In this document: one piece after another, positions 1 to 10,061 of the stretch | Numbering within the stretch: position 1 is the first letter of the stretch | Layout of the letters: every line of letters begins with the position of its first letter | DNA from: Klebsiella phage 05F01 | Sequence record: LC483177.1 | Length of the DNA: 64,000 bases | Strand: one strand, 5' to 3' | The notes under the pieces: generated by a model | Told to the model about the DNA's origin: nothing | Database searches by the model: none | Seen by the model: only the letters and a program-made list of their open reading frames with translations | Translations under genes and position numbers: made by a program

Positions 1-257
1 TACTTCACGCTTACCAATAATAACTTCATCTGGAGAGAAGAGACCATTAAAAAGTAACTCGGACATCACATAAGCAGGGCTGTTAACAGTAAAACCTGCT
101 GCTAAAACTGCATCAGTGGATGTGAATACATCAACTAAATTGCCAGTAGCATTATGACCAGTTAGAATTAATGGGATATCAAATTGTGTTTCAGAAATAG
201 TTGTAGCACCATAAACTAATGTGACGCTAACAACCTTGTCGCGGAAAGTTGCCATTT
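1..257 (-). CDS. 5'-partial structural/hypothetical protein (N-terminus MATFRDKVVSV..., continues beyond window start)
   Basis: ATG at 257 on minus strand with upstream RBS-like sequence; open frame runs off the window edge; sits in the morphogenesis block. Confidence 0.4.
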
Positions 258-265
258 AAGCTCCT

Positions 266-946
266 TTAACTTGTTATCCAGGTATTATACCATGTTGAAT
301 ATGTTAATTTAGGTAGTCCTTCTAAGTCGATAAATTTATATAAGTCAGAGGAACTTAATATAAATGTTAGAGAAGGAAATTCTCTTGTGAACTCTAAAGA
401 TAATTCGTTTATCCTCCAATAGGTTTCACTAGAGGTTAGTGTTGCATTAACACCAACTATTTCACTTGTCTCAGTATCTTCAGAGATAAGTCTAGAATTG
501 AACGTAAGAACTAATCTTGCTCTTTGTTCAGTTTTATCTCCATCCAACACAGTATTAGATTGAGAGATATTTGAAGCTGATAGGAAGCCTATACCTTTAC
601 TTATTAAGTATTGGTATTTTAATTCATCCCAACCTCTAAATGCAGAAAGCAGATATGACAATGCAGTTATTGGTCTTCCTCTGTAGGCCATTATTTCTAT
701 TGTATAAGTCTGGTCCATAACATAAGTAAAAGCACCAGAGGATGACATAGACTGTTTTTGTCCCCATCCCCCTGAGTCATTCGATGTAATTATTCGGATG
801 CCTATATAAGGTTTATCAGGACTTATTGAAGGTTTTCCTATAATATAAATAGGGAGTGCATCATCAAAAACCTTACTTACAAAAGTAGATATATTTTCAA
901 GTATAGCATCCTCATAAGCGATAATTTGATCAAATATATTAGCCAT
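266..946 (-). CDS. hypothetical virion/morphogenesis protein (track ORF 266..994; start probably the internal ATG preceded by GAAGGTGG)
   Basis: six-frame track ORF, co-directional packed array. Confidence 0.5.
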   Translation of the reverse strand: MANIFDQIIAYEDAILENISTFVSKVFDDALPIYIIGKPSISPDKPYIGIRIITSNDSGGWGQKQSMSSSGAFTYVMDQTYTIEIMAYRGRPITALSYLLSAFRGWDELKYQYLISKGIGFLSASNISQSNTVLDGDKTEQRARLVLTFNSRLISEDTETSEIVGVNATLTSSETYWRINELSLEFTREFPSLTFILSSSDLYKFIDLEGLPKLTYSTWYNTWITS

Positions 947-1376
947 AGTTTCCACCTTCTCCACTGTAATCAAATTCACTATTTTGGCTATCAAGAATAG
1001 CTACACATTGATCATGAATAAGGAATGTGGTTCTTGTCCAATCCCGCAGTGAATAAATAGAATACCATTTACCATCTATTAATATCTGGTCTGATAATTG
1101 GTCAGATCCTTCTTCTAGGGACCTAATGTCTGTTTTTGTCCAGAATGTATATTGTGCTTTTGTTCTGTATGCTTCAGGGAGGGCCTGTAGTGTTTTCCCA
1201 CTTATAGGTTGCAAGGAAGAACTTTGGATAGCAAACTCTTCATATGTAATACTATTATTAAGATTCTTAATAACACCACTACCTTGAACATAATTTCTAT
1301 GTCTACCTTGATATTCTGTCAAATCTAATAATTTAAAATCATCTAATAACACTAGGTATCTCCTATTAGTATACAA
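939..1376 (-). CDS. hypothetical morphogenesis protein
   Basis: track ORF 145 aa, start/stop overlaps neighbours. Confidence 0.5.
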   Translation of the reverse strand: MYTNRRYLVLLDDFKLLDLTEYQGRHRNYVQGSGVIKNLNNSITYEEFAIQSSSLQPISGKTLQALPEAYRTKAQYTFWTKTDIRSLEEGSDQLSDQILIDGKWYSIYSLRDWTRTTFLIHDQCVAILDSQNSEFDYSGEGGNYG

Positions 1377-1387
1377 TAAATGTAATA

Positions 1388-1879
1388 TTATTGCAAGTCA
1401 TTTCTTTTATTAGAGACTTTATCACTCAGGGAGTTTATTAGATATCCTCTATCTATTAATATTGCAGATGATCCATTTCCCCTAGCTTGTCTCCAACTTA
1501 GTGTTGCAGGAGATAGTGGTGTAAATCTTTGCATAGCTATTGCTTTAGCTATTGCCTCTCTGCTAACCTTGCCTATCAATTTAAAAGCAGCTAATCCTTT
1601 ATTATGAAGAAAGTAGTCTCTAAAAACTTCGCCCCATAAATGTGAAATATCTTCTGATGCTATAACTGCACCATCTGTCATAAATGGCCTTTCTGGTATA
1701 TTGTTTCTGATACTACCAAATTGGTTAATATAAGCAATTGCTGGAAGAGGGAAATCAGTTTCAGGGTGTTTCTTATTTTCAAGTACACCTGCACTTATCT
1801 CTATTTTATCTAATCTCTCTATTTTCCTGAAGTAAGATTCGAGGGACATATCATCCCCCTTCATTATTTTACACTTCAT
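1388..1879 (-). CDS. hypothetical head-tail joining/morphogenesis protein
   Basis: track ORF 163 aa; position between capsid and tail genes. Confidence 0.45.
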   Translation of the reverse strand: MKCKIMKGDDMSLESYFRKIERLDKIEISAGVLENKKHPETDFPLPAIAYINQFGSIRNNIPERPFMTDGAVIASEDISHLWGEVFRDYFLHNKGLAAFKLIGKVSREAIAKAIAMQRFTPLSPATLSWRQARGNGSSAILIDRGYLINSLSDKVSNKRNDLQ

Positions 1880-2424
1880 TATGGTCTACCAAATGGGTAA
1901 AAAGGGTTTCTCCTACGGTTCCAGTCTGTATTTTTAGATCTTCTGTCAACACTTGCAACAGAACCAAGTCCATTTACAGAAACAGGATTAGAGTTAACTC
2001 TTTCAATCTCACAGGCATTTACACCACCGACTAAGACTTTATCAGAGGCACCATTAACACCAGAACATCCCGGTATCTTAAAATCACCATTAAGGTAACT
2101 TTTATAAATGTCTTCCCAAGGGGAGGTATAGTATGTATTAGGTGTATATGTTACACTTACTTGAACTTCACCTACCTTTTCAGTTCTGCCAGCCATGCTA
2201 CCAACTTCTGTCCCTTGCTTAATAAGATCGGTATTCCATAGATACTCTAAAACAGATATAAGACTGTTCCACAAGACTTTACATTTATTTTTATCATCAT
2301 CCCCAAAAATATCTATCCAACTTTCTATAATCTGTAAGATAGTATCGTCAGAGATCATGTCCTGTGTAGGATTATATGCCAGTAGTCTTATTCTTGCAAC
2401 TAATTCAGATGCTACTAATGCCAT
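1879..2424 (-). CDS. hypothetical morphogenesis protein
   Basis: track ORF 181 aa; ATGA-type overlap with downstream gene. Confidence 0.5.
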   Translation of the reverse strand: MALVASELVARIRLLAYNPTQDMISDDTILQIIESWIDIFGDDDKNKCKVLWNSLISVLEYLWNTDLIKQGTEVGSMAGRTEKVGEVQVSVTYTPNTYYTSPWEDIYKSYLNGDFKIPGCSGVNGASDKVLVGGVNACEIERVNSNPVSVNGLGSVASVDRRSKNTDWNRRRNPFYPFGRP

Positions 2425-2434
2425 ATTTCACCTC

Positions 2435-2791
2435 TTATTTATTATCTGCCTTTGCACGTCTACGTGCAGCAGAAGCTTTAGCTGGGGTAACTACTTCAAC
2501 AGATTCTTCTACAATTTCTGTAGTATTATATACAACAGGTTCATAACTATTGTAGTGGATTAGAAAACCATTGGGAATTTCCTTACATACATTAACACTA
2601 ATATCAATCCCAAGAACATCTCTGATTTTCATCAAGAATACTTGAAAACTGCCAGCCAGAGTAATTAAACCGTCTTTAGTATAGAATGAAAGATAAGGCG
2701 CTTTAATTAAAGTTTTTTCCACATCAAGAATACTTGAAAGGCTACCAAAATCACTGATAAGTGCGTGATAAGAGATATATTCTTTATACAT
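2435..2791 (-). CDS. hypothetical head protein
   Basis: track ORF 118 aa immediately downstream of capsid gene. Confidence 0.45.
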   Translation of the reverse strand: MYKEYISYHALISDFGSLSSILDVEKTLIKAPYLSFYTKDGLITLAGSFQVFLMKIRDVLGIDISVNVCKEIPNGFLIHYNSYEPVVYNTTEIVEESVEVVTPAKASAARRRAKADNK

Positions 2792-2808
2792 TATTTTCTC
2801 CTCAAATT

Positions 2809-2836
2809 AAAAAAGCCCACCCACCAGGGCAGGCTT
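2809..2836 (-). terminator. rho-independent terminator (9-bp GC-rich stem AGCCUGCCC/GGGUGGGCU plus U-run) downstream of capsid gene; also reads as a hairpin on plus
   Basis: inverted repeat followed by T-run on minus-strand RNA. Confidence 0.55.
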
Positions 2837-2853
2837 TTATTAGAAACTATCTA

Positions 2854-3885
2854 TTACGGATTAGCGTCAGACAGTTTAACAACCAGTTCAGGGCGGGTGT
2901 TCATACCCAACAGAGAGAACTCAGTTTGCAGACGCAGAACGCGATTTGCTTCGTCCTGAATCAGGAACTGATAGTAATCCTGACCAATCTGGTTAGCATA
3001 AGAGTAATGGTCAGCAGGTGCATAGTGCGCCTGGAACATGTTTGCAACACCACGTGGGAATGCATATGCTTCAGAGGTTGGGACGTTACCATGAATATCT
3101 TCAACGTAAGTTACGTTACGGAATTCAAAGGTACGTGCATTCAGGCTACCGCCAACACGGTCAAACAGCAGGTTAGGATTACGTCCAGCAGCTACAGCAG
3201 AAGCATAAATGGTGCGGATGTATGGGCTTGTAATCAGTTTGGAGAAGAATGAACGTCCACAAACAACAACCATATCTGTTACAGAACTACCATCTTTGAT
3301 GGTATCAATCATGTAAGCACGAACTTGTTCTTCGATTATATCAGTAGGGTCGATAGTAGTAGAGGTAAAGTCTACAGTAGCGGTTTCCTGAGTAACACCC
3401 CAAAGAGTGTAGTAATCGTAATTGAAGTTCTGGTTAGAGAAACCATCACGGTCAACACCAACATACTGACGCCCCATCAGAGCATTTGCAAGAATAGCTT
3501 CTTTAGTGTAAGCTGCGTTACGCATTGCAGTTGCAACATAACGTGACACTACACTCTGAGTGGCTTCCAGAACAGTGTCAGTAGTAGACAGGAATGCACG
3601 GAAGTCTTGAACATCTTCAGCTTTAATGTTATGGTCAAGTGGGAAGAATGGAATACGAACAGGACGAACGTCATAACCAGTCTGAGTCATCCAGTTACGC
3701 TCACCACCACGCTCACGCGCTGGGATTAATGCATCACCACTAGTGGTTCTTACAATCTCTTGAAGAGTAGTTGCGTGACGATAAGTATCGAAAATATTCA
3801 TGCTCGAAATCAAGGTATTCGGAGTGTCTACCAGTTCGATCATTGGGGTAAAATCAATTACCTTATCATTATCAAAAAATGCCAT
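2854..3885 (-). CDS. major capsid protein (343 aa; size and gene order as lambda gpE-type head module)
   Basis: 343-aa ORF downstream of portal-scaffold-decoration genes; strongest terminator directly after it, as expected for a highly expressed structural gene. Confidence 0.6.
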   Translation of the reverse strand: MAFFDNDKVIDFTPMIELVDTPNTLISSMNIFDTYRHATTLQEIVRTTSGDALIPARERGGERNWMTQTGYDVRPVRIPFFPLDHNIKAEDVQDFRAFLSTTDTVLEATQSVVSRYVATAMRNAAYTKEAILANALMGRQYVGVDRDGFSNQNFNYDYYTLWGVTQETATVDFTSTTIDPTDIIEEQVRAYMIDTIKDGSSVTDMVVVCGRSFFSKLITSPYIRTIYASAVAAGRNPNLLFDRVGGSLNARTFEFRNVTYVEDIHGNVPTSEAYAFPRGVANMFQAHYAPADHYSYANQIGQDYYQFLIQDEANRVLRLQTEFSLLGMNTRPELVVKLSDANP

Positions 3886-3906
3886 TAAATAGCTCCTTTA
3901 TAGTTA

Positions 3907-4299
3907 TTAGGAAGTAGCTAGGATTTTAGCTGTCAGTTTCAGTCCACGTTCTTCAAGAGCAAGAACACCAGCATCGTCTACAGCATCACCTGAGCTATAA
4001 ACACAAAGATAGCGGTTCAGAGTAACATCACGAACTGCTGCAACAGCAGTAAAGGTGTCGCCTACTGGAACGTCATCAATAGAAAACATTGCATTAGTCC
4101 AAACCAGAACTTTGTCAGCATCGGCAGAAGATGCAGCTTCTACATTACTTGCGGAAAGAACACTTCCCAATTTCATGGTTGCGGTTTTAACCAGATTAAC
4201 TTCACGGAAGCTATGTCCAAGGTCAGTGCTAATAACACCACCAAGAACTAGATCGCTATAGAACTGGCGGTTTAATTCTTTAGAAAAATATGTTGCCAT
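3907..4299 (-). CDS. putative head decoration/auxiliary capsid protein (130 aa, Ala/Val/Ser-rich)
   Basis: position between scaffold and major capsid, analogous to lambda D. Confidence 0.35.
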   Translation of the reverse strand: MATYFSKELNRQFYSDLVLGGVISTDLGHSFREVNLVKTATMKLGSVLSASNVEAASSADADKVLVWTNAMFSIDDVPVGDTFTAVAAVRDVTLNRYLCVYSSGDAVDDAGVLALEERGLKLTAKILATS

Positions 4300-4317
4300 T
4301 TATTTACAACTCCTTTA

Positions 4318-5412
4318 TTAGTTTTTACGGGCAGCTTTGATAGCAGCGGCACGTTGAGTTACCAGTTCGCTAGCACTTTTTGCTACTTCAACACCTGCTG
4401 CATCACTACCATGTTCTTTAGTGAATTCATTGCGCAGATCAGTAATAGTTTCGCCAGCTTTTTCAAAAGTCTTAACAATAAGATCTGCAACTTCTGAATC
4501 AGCCATAAGAGCTTTAACAATTTTTTCTACATTTGCTTCTTCAACAAACTCGAAAGATTTAACAACGATTGTATAGTCTTCTTCAATACGTTTTTCTTGA
4601 GCTTTTTTCAGTTCTTCAAGAGCGTTATTAGCTTTAAGAATTTCTGCATCAGCGGATTCTTTGATTACGCTAACTTGTTCAGAAACAGCTTTAGTAATAA
4701 GAGCCTGAATATCTGCGGATTTAAGCAGTTCTTCTAGATTAATATTTTCCAAAGGTTTTTCTCCTTTAATTGTTTCGTTTGTGTTTGCAGGGGCATTTTT
4801 TGTCACTGCTAGGGTGTCCTCTGCAATCACAGAGTTTTCTTCTTTATCAACGCCTTTAGCTTTGATTAGAAATTCTTTAACTGTTTCAGTTTTGAAAGAT
4901 TTTTGAACCAAACTTTGTAGTGCTTCATCGACTAATTTATCGAAGAAATCTACAGAAACTAGTATCTCACCATCAACAACCTGATATTCAGTCACTCTCA
5001 CAACTGGAGTTGCAGTGTCTGCAATAGTAACTAATAAGTCGTTAATTTCAAATGTAGTTGAATATAGTCCATCATCAGTTGCGAATATTACGATACTGTT
5101 ATCGAAGTCAATATCTACTAAATATACCCAATTCCAATCAATACTATATTTTTCATCTAATTTTTCAGATACTAGATTAGATATCTGGCTCATATAAGAT
5201 TTAGTTAGTTGAGTCACATCTTCTCCAAGTTCTGCTAGAGCCTTAATCGCACCCTTAGATGGAGTAGGCTTTACATTTGCTTTAAAAGCTAAAGCAGTAT
5301 TATAACCAGAAGCTGCACCACCTTGTTCTTCAAAGGTGTATGCCAAATGTGCTCCCAGAGAGTCTTCTGTTTCTTCTGAAGAGAAATCAATATCACTTAA
5401 ATATTTTGCCAC
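4318..5412 (-). CDS. putative scaffolding protein (364 aa, acidic, long coiled-coil-like K/E/A-rich C-terminal half)
   Basis: composition and position between portal and capsid. Confidence 0.5.
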   Translation of the reverse strand: MAKYLSDIDFSSEETEDSLGAHLAYTFEEQGGAASGYNTALAFKANVKPTPSKGAIKALAELGEDVTQLTKSYMSQISNLVSEKLDEKYSIDWNWVYLVDIDFDNSIVIFATDDGLYSTTFEINDLLVTIADTATPVVRVTEYQVVDGEILVSVDFFDKLVDEALQSLVQKSFKTETVKEFLIKAKGVDKEENSVIAEDTLAVTKNAPANTNETIKGEKPLENINLEELLKSADIQALITKAVSEQVSVIKESADAEILKANNALEELKKAQEKRIEEDYTIVVKSFEFVEEANVEKIVKALMADSEVADLIVKTFEKAGETITDLRNEFTKEHGSDAAGVEVAKSASELVTQRAAAIKAARKN

Positions 5413-5423
5413 AAGTTGCTCCG

Positions 5424-5900
5424 TTATTTTTCTTCAGTTCTTGCCATGCAACCAATGCTCACACCAAGTAATTTACCTGATTTTCTTGCTTGATATAATT
5501 CTGCATCATAAAACTGAACTTTAACTAAAGGTGTTCCTTCTACGACAAATTCTTCACCAATATAACAATCTGTTTCATTAACCCAAGCTTTCATAGGTTT
5601 GAACTTATCTGTATTTTGGAGATGACCAAGATTGCCTTTGATGTTATTTATATTGTCGTTGAAGTTGTCTACCATTTTTCTAATTTCGATTTCAGACATA
5701 CGTTCACCGTGCAAGTCATCCTTTTCTGGAGGACAATATAGCACTTCTATTACTTGCATTTTTTCTTCGTCGAATTGATTTTTCTTGACAACTTGAGGAG
5801 TTGGTGTAGGATCTTCAGAGTGGGGATCTATTTCACTTTTACCTTTGAAAGACGAGAATGTCTTAAAGAGGTCCCATAAGCTGTCCTTGTTTATTTCCAA
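5424..5900 (-). CDS. hypothetical head assembly protein (158 aa)
   Basis: track ORF between portal and scaffold. Confidence 0.4.
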   Translation of the reverse strand: MEINKDSLWDLFKTFSSFKGKSEIDPHSEDPTPTPQVVKKNQFDEEKMQVIEVLYCPPEKDDLHGERMSEIEIRKMVDNFNDNINNIKGNLGHLQNTDKFKPMKAWVNETDCYIGEEFVVEGTPLVKVQFYDAELYQARKSGKLLGVSIGCMARTEEK

Positions 5901-5978
5901 GGTTGCCTCCGTTTAAGAGTGAATACCCTATAGATGTTATTCTATAGGATATTTTAGTTTTTGTCAAGTAATTATTTG

Positions 5979-7556
5979 TTAATTAGCTAAATTTGAAACA
6001 GAAGTGTCTGTAGATGACACAGAAGTAGAAGTTCCGTTACCAGAAGTTCCTTGTGCCATTCCGTCACCAGACCTTGAAGTTGAGTTTGGTAAATAATTAT
6101 CACAGAACTCTTTAAATTTAACAGGGTCTGAAACTATATCTTCAGGAAGTCTATATTTCATATTTAGCATCTCAAAGAACTCATTGAGTATCTCTGGTGT
6201 TAGAGGAATTGCACCCGCTGCTACCACACGTTGGATAGCTGATGAGTTTGTATCAACATCAGGGTCACCAATATCTTGACTAGCAAATTTAGGTATGTCT
6301 GCATCATCAAGAGAGAATCCATTAATTCTTAAAAGTTGTGGTATGATTTGAGTATTAATCATCTCAATAATAATATTAACATCTCTCTCTATGTAATGAG
6401 AAAGTAATGTTTGTTTATTATCTGAAAGTGAGTAACTACCCCCTTCATTACCCATAATAAGAACACCAGCACCAAATCTATTAAATATATCCAGTTGTCT
6501 TTGCTTTATTAGGACATTAGTATCAAACTGCTTACCATTACCTTCAACACCTTGGAATGTCAATTCATATTGCTGCATACTCGTATTTTCATACAAGTCA
6601 GATGGCATCACCATATATTGCTGTTCACCTGCATGGAGGTTGGCAATATTTTGTTGTAATATTAAAAGAGATTGTGCTTCTTCTCCACCAGGGTCTAAAG
6701 CTGCCCTATTAAGAATAGTTGATGGAACTTTTAATACTGGCATACCACCTAAATCTTTAGAGACACCAACAACTTCATATTCCTGAATAAGACTTTTTTC
6801 TCTCCAGCTTCTATACACGGCTGCAAGAGGACTTTCACCTAATGGATTTCCTTCTGTAATGTTATTACCTACCAAGATCATTTTAGACATTGGGATGTTT
6901 TTAACACCAGATGATTGTGGTGAGAAAAATCTACTATTTAAAGATTTAACTATATTCTGATTAACAGATAATATTTCCCTTCCATCATCAGAAAAGACAA
7001 AAGGGTTAGTTATATCAAGTGTATCTTGTGGACGTGCTGCCAGCTTCTGTAATCTGTAGTATCCATAATAAGGACTAGATGGATTAGTATCTTGCTGATA
7101 AACTTTTTCTGCTAAAGCAAAACCGAATTGCTTATATGAAAGTAGAGACCTGATATACTGTCTCAGTGGTGCTTCCATATTTCTTAATGTGTAATCTACA
7201 AATTTTGCTGCTTTCTTTGATTTTGCAGATTTTGTGTTATAGTTGATTGTGAAATCAAAAAACGCTCTATCTACAAACGTGTATGTGGCATCTAATGCTG
7301 TTGCTACATCAGGGTCATAACCCATTTCTTTATATGTTCGGATACACTCTGGAAATCTTAGCTCATAATTTTGAAGAAAGTTAGTAAATAGCTGTATGGA
7401 GTTAAGACCTAATGTGCCTATCTCTTTAGAGATTACTAATCTGGCCTCTTGAGTGTCAACTGGAGCAGCGGGACTTGCCGCTTTACTAACATTCTTATTC
7501 CAGTATTCCGAGCGTTTAGTATACTTTCTTTTCAACGGCTCCTCCAGAATAAACAA
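5979..7556 (-). CDS. portal protein (525 aa)
   Basis: large ORF immediately downstream of terminase large subunit; size typical of portals. Confidence 0.65.
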   Translation of the reverse strand: MFILEEPLKRKYTKRSEYWNKNVSKAASPAAPVDTQEARLVISKEIGTLGLNSIQLFTNFLQNYELRFPECIRTYKEMGYDPDVATALDATYTFVDRAFFDFTINYNTKSAKSKKAAKFVDYTLRNMEAPLRQYIRSLLSYKQFGFALAEKVYQQDTNPSSPYYGYYRLQKLAARPQDTLDITNPFVFSDDGREILSVNQNIVKSLNSRFFSPQSSGVKNIPMSKMILVGNNITEGNPLGESPLAAVYRSWREKSLIQEYEVVGVSKDLGGMPVLKVPSTILNRAALDPGGEEAQSLLILQQNIANLHAGEQQYMVMPSDLYENTSMQQYELTFQGVEGNGKQFDTNVLIKQRQLDIFNRFGAGVLIMGNEGGSYSLSDNKQTLLSHYIERDVNIIIEMINTQIIPQLLRINGFSLDDADIPKFASQDIGDPDVDTNSSAIQRVVAAGAIPLTPEILNEFFEMLNMKYRLPEDIVSDPVKFKEFCDNYLPNSTSRSGDGMAQGTSGNGTSTSVSSTDTSVSNLAN

Positions 7557-7620
7557 AATGGGGGAATGTTAATCCCCCAATATGATTAATATTAACATGT
7601 ATATCTTTTTTTGTCAATAC

Positions 7621-9720
7621 CTACCGCTTATTGAACCTTGGGATTTTAGATAATGGCCTCTTATTTGTCAGTCCATAACTTGATGCCTTAGTTCTACTTG
7701 AAATAGCTGATGGTATTGCTACAGCAGTAAATATCTGCTCTTGTTGGATTGTATTAAAAGCAGATGCACAAGCATCTGGAATATCATCCTTAACAGTTGC
7801 TGTTGATCTCTCACCATTGAATACTTCAAGTTCACGATAGAAATGGTCTAATGTTTCTTGATTAGGGAATGAATCCTCTACTATATAAACAAAACCGTTT
7901 TGACATGCACTACTAAAAGGGGTGAACTTTTGTAGTTTTTTCTTATTGCCGGGCATTGCATCAGACTTCACAGCAAGTCCATTTGAAATAAGTTTTTTAG
8001 CAGACTCTTGATACTCTACAGCACCTGCTGCTGATGGATCTTTTGGTAACACTACCGTGATATTAATATTATGTTCTTCATTATCGTAAAGAGATTGTTT
8101 CAATATCATTGTATCCCTTTCTCCGGGTAGTCTTCTAAATCTTCCATAGATTTTAGACTTCTCATCTATAGAATCAAGAATATAGTCACCGAAAATATAG
8201 ATATTACCATTAGAATCTTTAGCCATTTTAATAGATACTGTATAGTCAGGGTATTTATATTTTTCAGTGGGGATAGATGCAGCTTTATCCCATGCCCTTA
8301 CATACTTCATGTTCTTTGGTATTTTATCATATGTGATTTTATTTAGCCATTCTCTTTGAAAATAGCTAGATGCTTGTTCACGTGCATACCAACAACCATC
8401 CAAAAGTCTTTCTCTGTTAACTTTTGTTTGTGCTTTAAGAGATGCAAGATACCCTGGATTGAGCCTAATAAGCGCCGGGTTATCAAATATTGTTCCACCT
8501 ATAAACATAAACGTCTTAGGTTTAATTTTAACCATCTCATCTGTGTTTGGATTATACTGTTCACAGAGATCAGGATATTTTTCTTCCAACTCTTCTGCTG
8601 AATCTGAGAAAACAGGTTCATTATTATTAATCAGAAAATATAATTGCTTTCCACACATCTCATCTGTTGGAAAACCTTTATCATCTAAATAAGGTATTAC
8701 CCACTGTAAAACCCAGCTATCAGCATCAGGGTTACATGTAGATAGGCAGAAGCTTTCTGTTTCTGATTCAGAACGTAAACGTCCTATTAGATAGAGAAAT
8801 TGGGTGATACTGAAATGTGTAAGTTCGTCAAATCCTACCATGGAGTACTGTGTACCTTGGTGGTTTGCCTCTGCTGTTGATTCAAGCTCAAGATGGTCAA
8901 ACTTTAATTTTCCACCAGTTGTAGCTTGAAACTCAATTTCCATCACAGTTTCTCTTACAATAGGTCTTAATGGAGCATATAATTTCTTGGCTTCTGTAAA
9001 TAATCCACCTGCACTTCTGTGTGCCTTAGTTGTTCTTCTAAAAAGAACTCCATCAAAAAGGGGGTCTTTGTGAGCAAATTTTAATGCTTTTAATAACAAT
9101 AATCTACTTTTACCACTATTACCTGTTACAAAGGTATGCCCACCTCTTCTTAAAATAAGATAAGATGAAGGAGTTTCAAAGCAATACTTATACCCATCTG
9201 TTGGAACTGTCTCAAATATTTTAAGGTATGTATTCTCTTTACCTAAGATATTGAATGGAATTCTCTTACCATAGTAAGTTTCTACATATCCTCTTAAAGG
9301 GTGTCCTGCCTGTTGAAGAGCGATAAGGTCACCTACAGCTATCTCAAAATGTTTTTTTGATTTTTTCTTTTTATAAAAGACAAATCTATGCTCCATACTA
9401 AGCTCTTGAAATATCCCTGAAGCATTCTCTATGCGATATAGATTATCTTTTGTCTCTATCTCATCAAAGTAAGGGGTAATCTTTTCTATTTTTTTATTAT
9501 CTGGATTATACTGATAGATATCCTCACCAGAATAATCTTTAATTTTTCTCCAACCAAATTCAGATAGATATTCAGTTTCAGCACTGACACAACCAGCAGC
9601 ACCTCCATAAATCATTACATCTGGCATACTATCCATTGCAATAGTTTGTTTTCCTGGCTGTGCTTCTATTTTAAATACTGTATTTTTTAAATCATTCTTT
9701 GCTTGCTTTCTAGGTGCCAC
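7621..9720 (-). CDS. terL: terminase large subunit, intein-containing (699 aa precursor; Walker A GAAG|intein|SGKS)
   Basis: P-loop GGAAG...SGKS reconstitutes GxxxxGKS once a 158-aa insert is removed; ATPase and nuclease-sized C-terminal regions; followed by portal gene. Confidence 0.85.
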   Translation of the reverse strand: MAPRKQAKNDLKNTVFKIEAQPGKQTIAMDSMPDVMIYGGAAGCVSAETEYLSEFGWRKIKDYSGEDIYQYNPDNKKIEKITPYFDEIETKDNLYRIENASGIFQELSMEHRFVFYKKKKSKKHFEIAVGDLIALQQAGHPLRGYVETYYGKRIPFNILGKENTYLKIFETVPTDGYKYCFETPSSYLILRRGGHTFVTGNSGKSRLLLLKALKFAHKDPLFDGVLFRRTTKAHRSAGGLFTEAKKLYAPLRPIVRETVMEIEFQATTGGKLKFDHLELESTAEANHQGTQYSMVGFDELTHFSITQFLYLIGRLRSESETESFCLSTCNPDADSWVLQWVIPYLDDKGFPTDEMCGKQLYFLINNNEPVFSDSAEELEEKYPDLCEQYNPNTDEMVKIKPKTFMFIGGTIFDNPALIRLNPGYLASLKAQTKVNRERLLDGCWYAREQASSYFQREWLNKITYDKIPKNMKYVRAWDKAASIPTEKYKYPDYTVSIKMAKDSNGNIYIFGDYILDSIDEKSKIYGRFRRLPGERDTMILKQSLYDNEEHNINITVVLPKDPSAAGAVEYQESAKKLISNGLAVKSDAMPGNKKKLQKFTPFSSACQNGFVYIVEDSFPNQETLDHFYRELEVFNGERSTATVKDDIPDACASAFNTIQQEQIFTAVAIPSAISSRTKASSYGLTNKRPLSKIPRFNKR
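9118..9591 (-). other. mini-intein (158 aa, no homing-endonuclease domain) inserted in terminase Walker A motif; starts Cys, ends Asn, +1 Ser
   Basis: translated: ...YGGAAG-CVSAETEYLS...GGHTFVTGN-SGKSRLLL...; extein junctions restore canonical P-loop. Confidence 0.7.
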
Positions 9721-9728
9721 ATAATCTC

Positions 9729-10061
9729 CTATTTACTTATAATGTTTTTATCTTTTAATAATTTTATGTAGTCTTGTAATGTTTTTAATCTGTTACGATC
9801 ATTTTCCCAAAGAGCATTATTCAATGTTTGATTTTTAACTACATCAGAAACACTTACACCATGTCTGATTTGTGACTCTGTATATAAAATTGGCGTTGAT
9901 ATTGTATCTAGATCAGACTGATCTGGGGACTTAATATCCTCTGTAGCTACAACTTTACATTGCTCAGTTACTATTGGGGAAACTTTCGTTGATGATGCGC
10001 AGCCCACTACTGTCAGACTTAAAGCAAGTAGAAATACCTTCAGAACTTTTTTCATAGTCAC
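9729..10061 (-). CDS. outer-membrane lipoprotein, putative o-spanin (signal peptide plus lipobox LTVVGC)
   Basis: N-terminal MKKVLKVFLLALSLTVVGCASS; overlaps 3' end of upstream TM/coiled-coil gene in another frame (Rz/Rz1-like architecture). Confidence 0.55.
   Translation of the reverse strand: MTMKKVLKVFLLALSLTVVGCASSTKVSPIVTEQCKVVATEDIKSPDQSDLDTISTPILYTESQIRHGVSVSDVVKNQTLNNALWENDRNRLKTLQDYIKLLKDKNIISK

Noticed and set aside
8356-8692. Plus-strand ORFs inside terminase (8356..8601, 8459..8692) and similar antisense ORFs inside nadV, nrdA, phoH, rdgC, thyX and other genes
   Set aside because: They are fully embedded antisense in long, well-supported genes and are low-complexity; they are typical shadow ORFs.
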